Shown here one piece after another: positions 60,715 to 64,000 of a stretch of 64,000 bases of DNA. Source of the stretch: a virus. The number at the start of each line of letters is the position of its first letter. Within the stretch, counting starts at the first letter, position 1. The position numbers and the translations under genes were made by a program. The notes beneath the pieces are model-generated. The model did not search any database and was not told where the DNA came from. It saw only the letters and a list, made by a program, of their open reading frames with translations. Where the stretch lies: UHGV virus genome UHGV-1376088; one strand, written 5' to 3'.

Positions 60715-61158
60715 GTGAAACCGTTTAATCATGAAGAGGCCTTAAAGGGCAAATTGTGCAAGACCGCCGGCGGAGATTTGGCAATTGTATACGGAGATAC
60801 ATTAAACTCTCCGTATCTCAAAAATAAACCATATAGAGTTTTAATTGGAGTTGTTATTAACCGTACTGGCCATATTATTACAACCTCATGGAAATTAGAT
60901 GGTTCGTTTGGTATGGACCCATCAAATAATGATATTTTGGGAATCCTTGAAGATCATGAAGTAAGGGCGATTGAAAACTTGCAATTGTTAGAAAATGCAA
61001 TGCGGGACAATAAATATGTCCAATGGTATGAATCCGGCATTAATGGTCCAATTGCGGTAGAAAAGAAACTTGAAAATGGCAATTTCATTTTGGGTTTTGG
61101 CAAATGGAAATATGAAACCAATGGCGGAGGTTTGATAAATCTTCATATTGTAAAATAA
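60715..61158 (+). CDS. 147-aa hypothetical protein
   Basis: ORF track; AAAGG SD. Confidence 0.5.
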   Translation: MKPFNHEEALKGKLCKTAGGDLAIVYGDTLNSPYLKNKPYRVLIGVVINRTGHIITTSWKLDGSFGMDPSNNDILGILEDHEVRAIENLQLLENAMRDNKYVQWYESGINGPIAVEKKLENGNFILGFGKWKYETNGGGLINLHIVK

Positions 61159-61167
61159 ACAAAAGAT

Positions 61168-61195
61168 AAGTGTCGGCAAATTGTCGGTAAAATAG
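61168..61195 (+). promoter_or_regulatory. degenerate copy 14 of the reiterated element (GTGTCGGCAAATTGTCGGTAAAATAG)
   Basis: Seen directly; weaker match. Confidence 0.3.
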
Positions 61196-61210
61196 ACATT
61201 GGAGTAAGTT

Positions 61211-61714
61211 ATGCAATTAAAAAACAATATGCGTTATACTGATAATATGGTAACGTTCTTTACCGGCGGTGCACCGTTTAGCAATTTTTACTTTAGCCCA
61301 CTTGTGTATAAAGGCTACAATGTAAAGACTGCTGAGCAGGCATTTATGATTGAAAAAGCTATTACATTTGGTGATGAAAGCAAAATTCTGCCTATTGTTC
61401 AGGCTAGATCAGCGGCAGAAGCCAAAAAAGTGGGCCGGGCGGTACGAAATTTCGATCCTAAAGTGTGGGACGAAAAACGTTATGGAGTTATGGTTGATAT
61501 TCTGAAAATCAAATTCCAAAATCCTACATTGAAAGAAATTCTTTTGAGAACCGATAATCTTGAACTGGTTGAAGGCTCTCCATATGATGCAATTTGGGGC
61601 GTCAAATTGGACTGGTTGAGTGATGAAATTCTTGACCGTAACAATTGGCGCGGCCGCAATCTTCTTGGTAAGGCACTCATGGAAGTAAGAGAGTATTACC
61701 GTAATCAAATCTAA
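61211..61714 (+). CDS. NADAR-domain (YbiA-like) protein, candidate ADP-ribose-removing anti-defence enzyme
   Basis: FFTGGAPFSNFY...TAEQAFMIEKA...SAAEAKKVGR...W...KF.QNP.L...LL.T....LVEGSPYDAIWG...G.N.LG.ALMEVRE aligns block by block with E. coli YbiA/NADAR. Confidence 0.7.
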   Translation: MQLKNNMRYTDNMVTFFTGGAPFSNFYFSPLVYKGYNVKTAEQAFMIEKAITFGDESKILPIVQARSAAEAKKVGRAVRNFDPKVWDEKRYGVMVDILKIKFQNPTLKEILLRTDNLELVEGSPYDAIWGVKLDWLSDEILDRNNWRGRNLLGKALMEVREYYRNQI

Positions 61715-61726
61715 ATGGAGTAAATT

Positions 61727-62074
61727 ATGCAAATTAATAAAAAAGTATCTTTCGTATTAGCTACACTGTTAGCCGTATCTGCTCTTTCAGCCTGTGATAA
61801 GGTTGACGAATCATCTCGGGTATATCTGAATACCGATCATTGGATTCAGGTTGGCACTGGTAAAAGCGGCACAACTTACCAGGAATGTGTAAACGACCTC
61901 GTGCCGGGCAAAGAGCCTAAAGTTTTGTGTCGCCCAATCACAAAAAGCACATTCGAAGATATGAATTTTCAACATATCAATAAAGCAATTGAAGCCTCAA
62001 ATTCAAAGGGATCTAAAATCCCTAAAGCAGTAACTGCGTTGGAACAGTTGCCGGACTATAAGGCTTCAGAGTGA
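61727..62074 (+). CDS. 115-aa lipoprotein
   Basis: Signal peptide with lipobox LSAC (LLAVSALSAC-D). Confidence 0.6.
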   Translation: MQINKKVSFVLATLLAVSALSACDKVDESSRVYLNTDHWIQVGTGKSGTTYQECVNDLVPGKEPKVLCRPITKSTFEDMNFQHINKAIEASNSKGSKIPKAVTALEQLPDYKASE

Positions 62075-62469
62075 TGAAATCGGCAAATCAGAAATTCAAT
62101 GAGAAGTTCCTTAAACATATTCATTCGTTTGAAGAGCTTCTCAGAGATATGAAATTCAATAAAAACAGGATGTTAAATCGACGCGCAGCCGGCATTAAGG
62201 AAGAAATCAAAGTTAAAGACTTGATTCGTCCAAGCATTGTCTGTGGCCATAAAGGTGATATTGAAGAAAATACAAGAATCAATGAGAAGATTCTGCTTAA
62301 CTATTATCATCAAGCACATGAGCATCGTATTCCTTTGTATGGCGAAACTCAGATTATTACTAGAATTTATTCTGATTGTTATATCACAAAACGACTCATC
62401 GGCCGAGTTAAATATTATGCCCGGATCATGAAAGAAATATCTGCGATTATTGACATTGCAGATGATTAA
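62071..62469 (+). CDS. 132-aa hypothetical protein
   Basis: ORF track; ATGA coupling with the lipoprotein gene. Confidence 0.5.
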   Translation: MMKSANQKFNEKFLKHIHSFEELLRDMKFNKNRMLNRRAAGIKEEIKVKDLIRPSIVCGHKGDIEENTRINEKILLNYYHQAHEHRIPLYGETQIITRIYSDCYITKRLIGRVKYYARIMKEISAIIDIADD

Positions 62470-62613
62470 CATCTAAAATAACGGAGGCAATCATGCTAGT
62501 ATTATTTGCATTAACAGTACGGAAATTATTGGCATTTTTGTCTTCCGTTAAACAGAAAAGTAAAAATAAGTTGGTGAAGATTCAAAACCACCTTTAAGGG
62601 AAAGCAACTCATT

Positions 62614-62802
62614 ATGTCTAATAAATTAAAAGAAATTGGTCTTCTTGAGCAATTTCTTTCTGAAGGTGTCTATTATAGTGCAGATGAACTTATCACTGTT
62701 ATAAATGGCATCAAGAGCGAGTTTAACAATGTAACCATAACTCTTGAACCGCATTCCGGCGGGAGTTATATGGTTGTTTACGGAGAGCACAAAGATGAAT
62801 AA
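62614..62802 (+). CDS. 62-aa hypothetical protein
   Basis: ORF track. Confidence 0.4.
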   Translation: MSNKLKEIGLLEQFLSEGVYYSADELITVINGIKSEFNNVTITLEPHSGGSYMVVYGEHKDE

Positions 62803-63250
62803 GCAAATCCTTATTGCGGCTCTTTTGTTGGCTGCAAGTTTTAACGTTGAAGCTGCTAAAAAAGAACGCTCTTCTTTGTCTGAAGTAAAAGCATTGGCAA
62901 CCGCTATCCATCATGAAGCCCGTGGCGAGTCATTGGCCGGTAAAAAAGCTGTTGCTAATGTAATCATGAATCGTGTTAAACACAAAGATTTTCCGAATAC
63001 TGTAAACGGTGTAATTGCTCAGCGTGGCCAATTCCAGTGGTATCGTAATAAGAAGTTACGAGCTAAAACTGGCTACGATAAAGAAACTGAAAAAATTGCA
63101 CAGGCCGTTTATTTGGCCCATAAGACGAAACATCATGTTGACAATACCCGGGGAGCTATTTTCTTTTCCTCCAATGGGAAACGACCGGCTCCGCGTGCAA
63201 TTAAGCCATATCGTATTGGCCGACATGTATTTTATAAACTGAAAAGTTAA
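62795..63250 (+). CDS. secreted SleB/CwlJ-like cell-wall hydrolase (Hydrolase_2 family)
   Basis: Signal peptide MNKQILIAALLLAASFNVEA; motifs HHEARGE, AVANVIMNRV and QRGQFQWY; start trimmed to the ATG with a GGAG SD. Confidence 0.6.
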   Translation: MNKQILIAALLLAASFNVEAAKKERSSLSEVKALATAIHHEARGESLAGKKAVANVIMNRVKHKDFPNTVNGVIAQRGQFQWYRNKKLRAKTGYDKETEKIAQAVYLAHKTKHHVDNTRGAIFFSSNGKRPAPRAIKPYRIGRHVFYKLKS

Positions 63251-63319
63251 ATCAAAATAAGGTGTCATTGATATAAAAGTAATGACATTAACCAAGATAT
63301 TTTTAAAGGATAAAAAATT

Positions 63320-63703
63320 ATGCGTTCACCTAACGTACTCTATAAGGCCTATTCAAAGTTGGGTTTGGCTGTTGCACAAGAATTAACATTCTCTGCGCCG
63401 ACTGATAAAGAATTCCGAGAATTCGTTGAATCTCAATTGGCAGAAGTTGACCGTATGGTCTTGACCCGTGAAGATATTCGCTCAATTGCGGATATGAGTG
63501 ATGAAGATCTGAAAGATTTGGGTTGTAATATTCTTCTGACTAAAGAAGGTAAACGCATTGCAGAATTGCCATCACATATTCGCCGCTTGGCTGAACCCGA
63601 TACAATTTATGATATCGGTACAATCGAAATCGAAGATGAAGATTTCGGTAAACGTGAATTCAAAATCACTGGTGTATTTCTGAATGGCGAAAATGCCTTT
63701 TGA
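63320..63703 (+). CDS. 127-aa acidic hypothetical protein
   Basis: ORF track. Confidence 0.45.
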   Translation: MRSPNVLYKAYSKLGLAVAQELTFSAPTDKEFREFVESQLAEVDRMVLTREDIRSIADMSDEDLKDLGCNILLTKEGKRIAELPSHIRRLAEPDTIYDIGTIEIEDEDFGKREFKITGVFLNGENAF

Positions 63704-64000
63704 TTAATAAAACAAGTTTGTGTGGCAAATGTGTTCTGGACGGTTTATCCGGCAGGGCGGCATTTGGCGCATTAATCGTAAGTCGTTAAATAACAGTGGC
63801 CCTGTTCGTATTGACTACACGATATGCCCATAGTGGCAGGCGATAAATCAGACTATTTTTGTATACTGTCGGATATATCAGTATCGCCTTTAGCCTTTCT
63901 CTCCCGTGAACCGAGCGCAATACGCCTTTCCATACAGTTCCTTACGCGTTCACCTGGCGCTCGGAGCGGGCCCCATTCATAAGTGTATGAAATTAGTGCA

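Overview
This 64-kb window is part of a contractile-tailed (myovirus-like) dsDNA phage genome. It contains terminase, portal, capsid, sheath, tube and lysis genes, and no cellular housekeeping genes. The host is probably a Gram-negative gamma-proteobacterium: Shine-Dalgarno sites are of the GGAGG type, highly expressed genes use E. coli-like optimal codons, one protein has a lipoprotein lipobox, and one lysis-region protein is spanin-like.

Layout:
- Positions 1-40,928 form one uninterrupted leftward (minus-strand) late operon. In transcription order it holds an intein-containing packaging-module protein, two nucleases, the large terminase, a portal candidate, scaffold, the major capsid protein, about 13 baseplate/fibre-type proteins, sheath, tube, a tube-nuclease fusion, small chaperone-like genes and a tape-measure gene that runs off the left edge. 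This is a P2-like tail-module order.
- 40,929-42,272 is a 1.34-kb ORF-free, hairpin-rich divergent control region.
- A near-perfect sigma70 consensus promoter at 42,165-42,193 drives a rightward 283-aa early gene.
- 43,162-45,957 is a leftward cassette: GH24 endolysin, a holin-like protein, a spanin-like protein, and two glycine-zipper proteins.
- 45,958-46,523 is a second divergent region with direct repeats and strongly strand-skewed composition.
- 46.5-64 kb is a rightward block of about 28 mostly small genes. They include a 1136-aa and a 459-aa protein of unknown function, a NADAR (anti-DarT-type) protein, a truncated RNase H-like protein, a lipoprotein, a SleB-like murein hydrolase and many small membrane peptides.

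The most striking feature is a reiterated, sequence-conserved element in that rightward block: 13-14 copies of a ~20-nt motif, GTGTCGGTTnTTTTAYGR, usually forming the 3' arm of a hairpin. It looks like a phage-specific promoter/processing signal. Several copies lie in a 1.7-kb ORF-free locus (56.2-58.0 kb) with iteron-like repeats, an AC-rich tract and a C-depleted TG-rich tract, which is a candidate ncRNA or origin locus.

No tRNA, rRNA, CRISPR array or transposon was found. One mini-intein is present.
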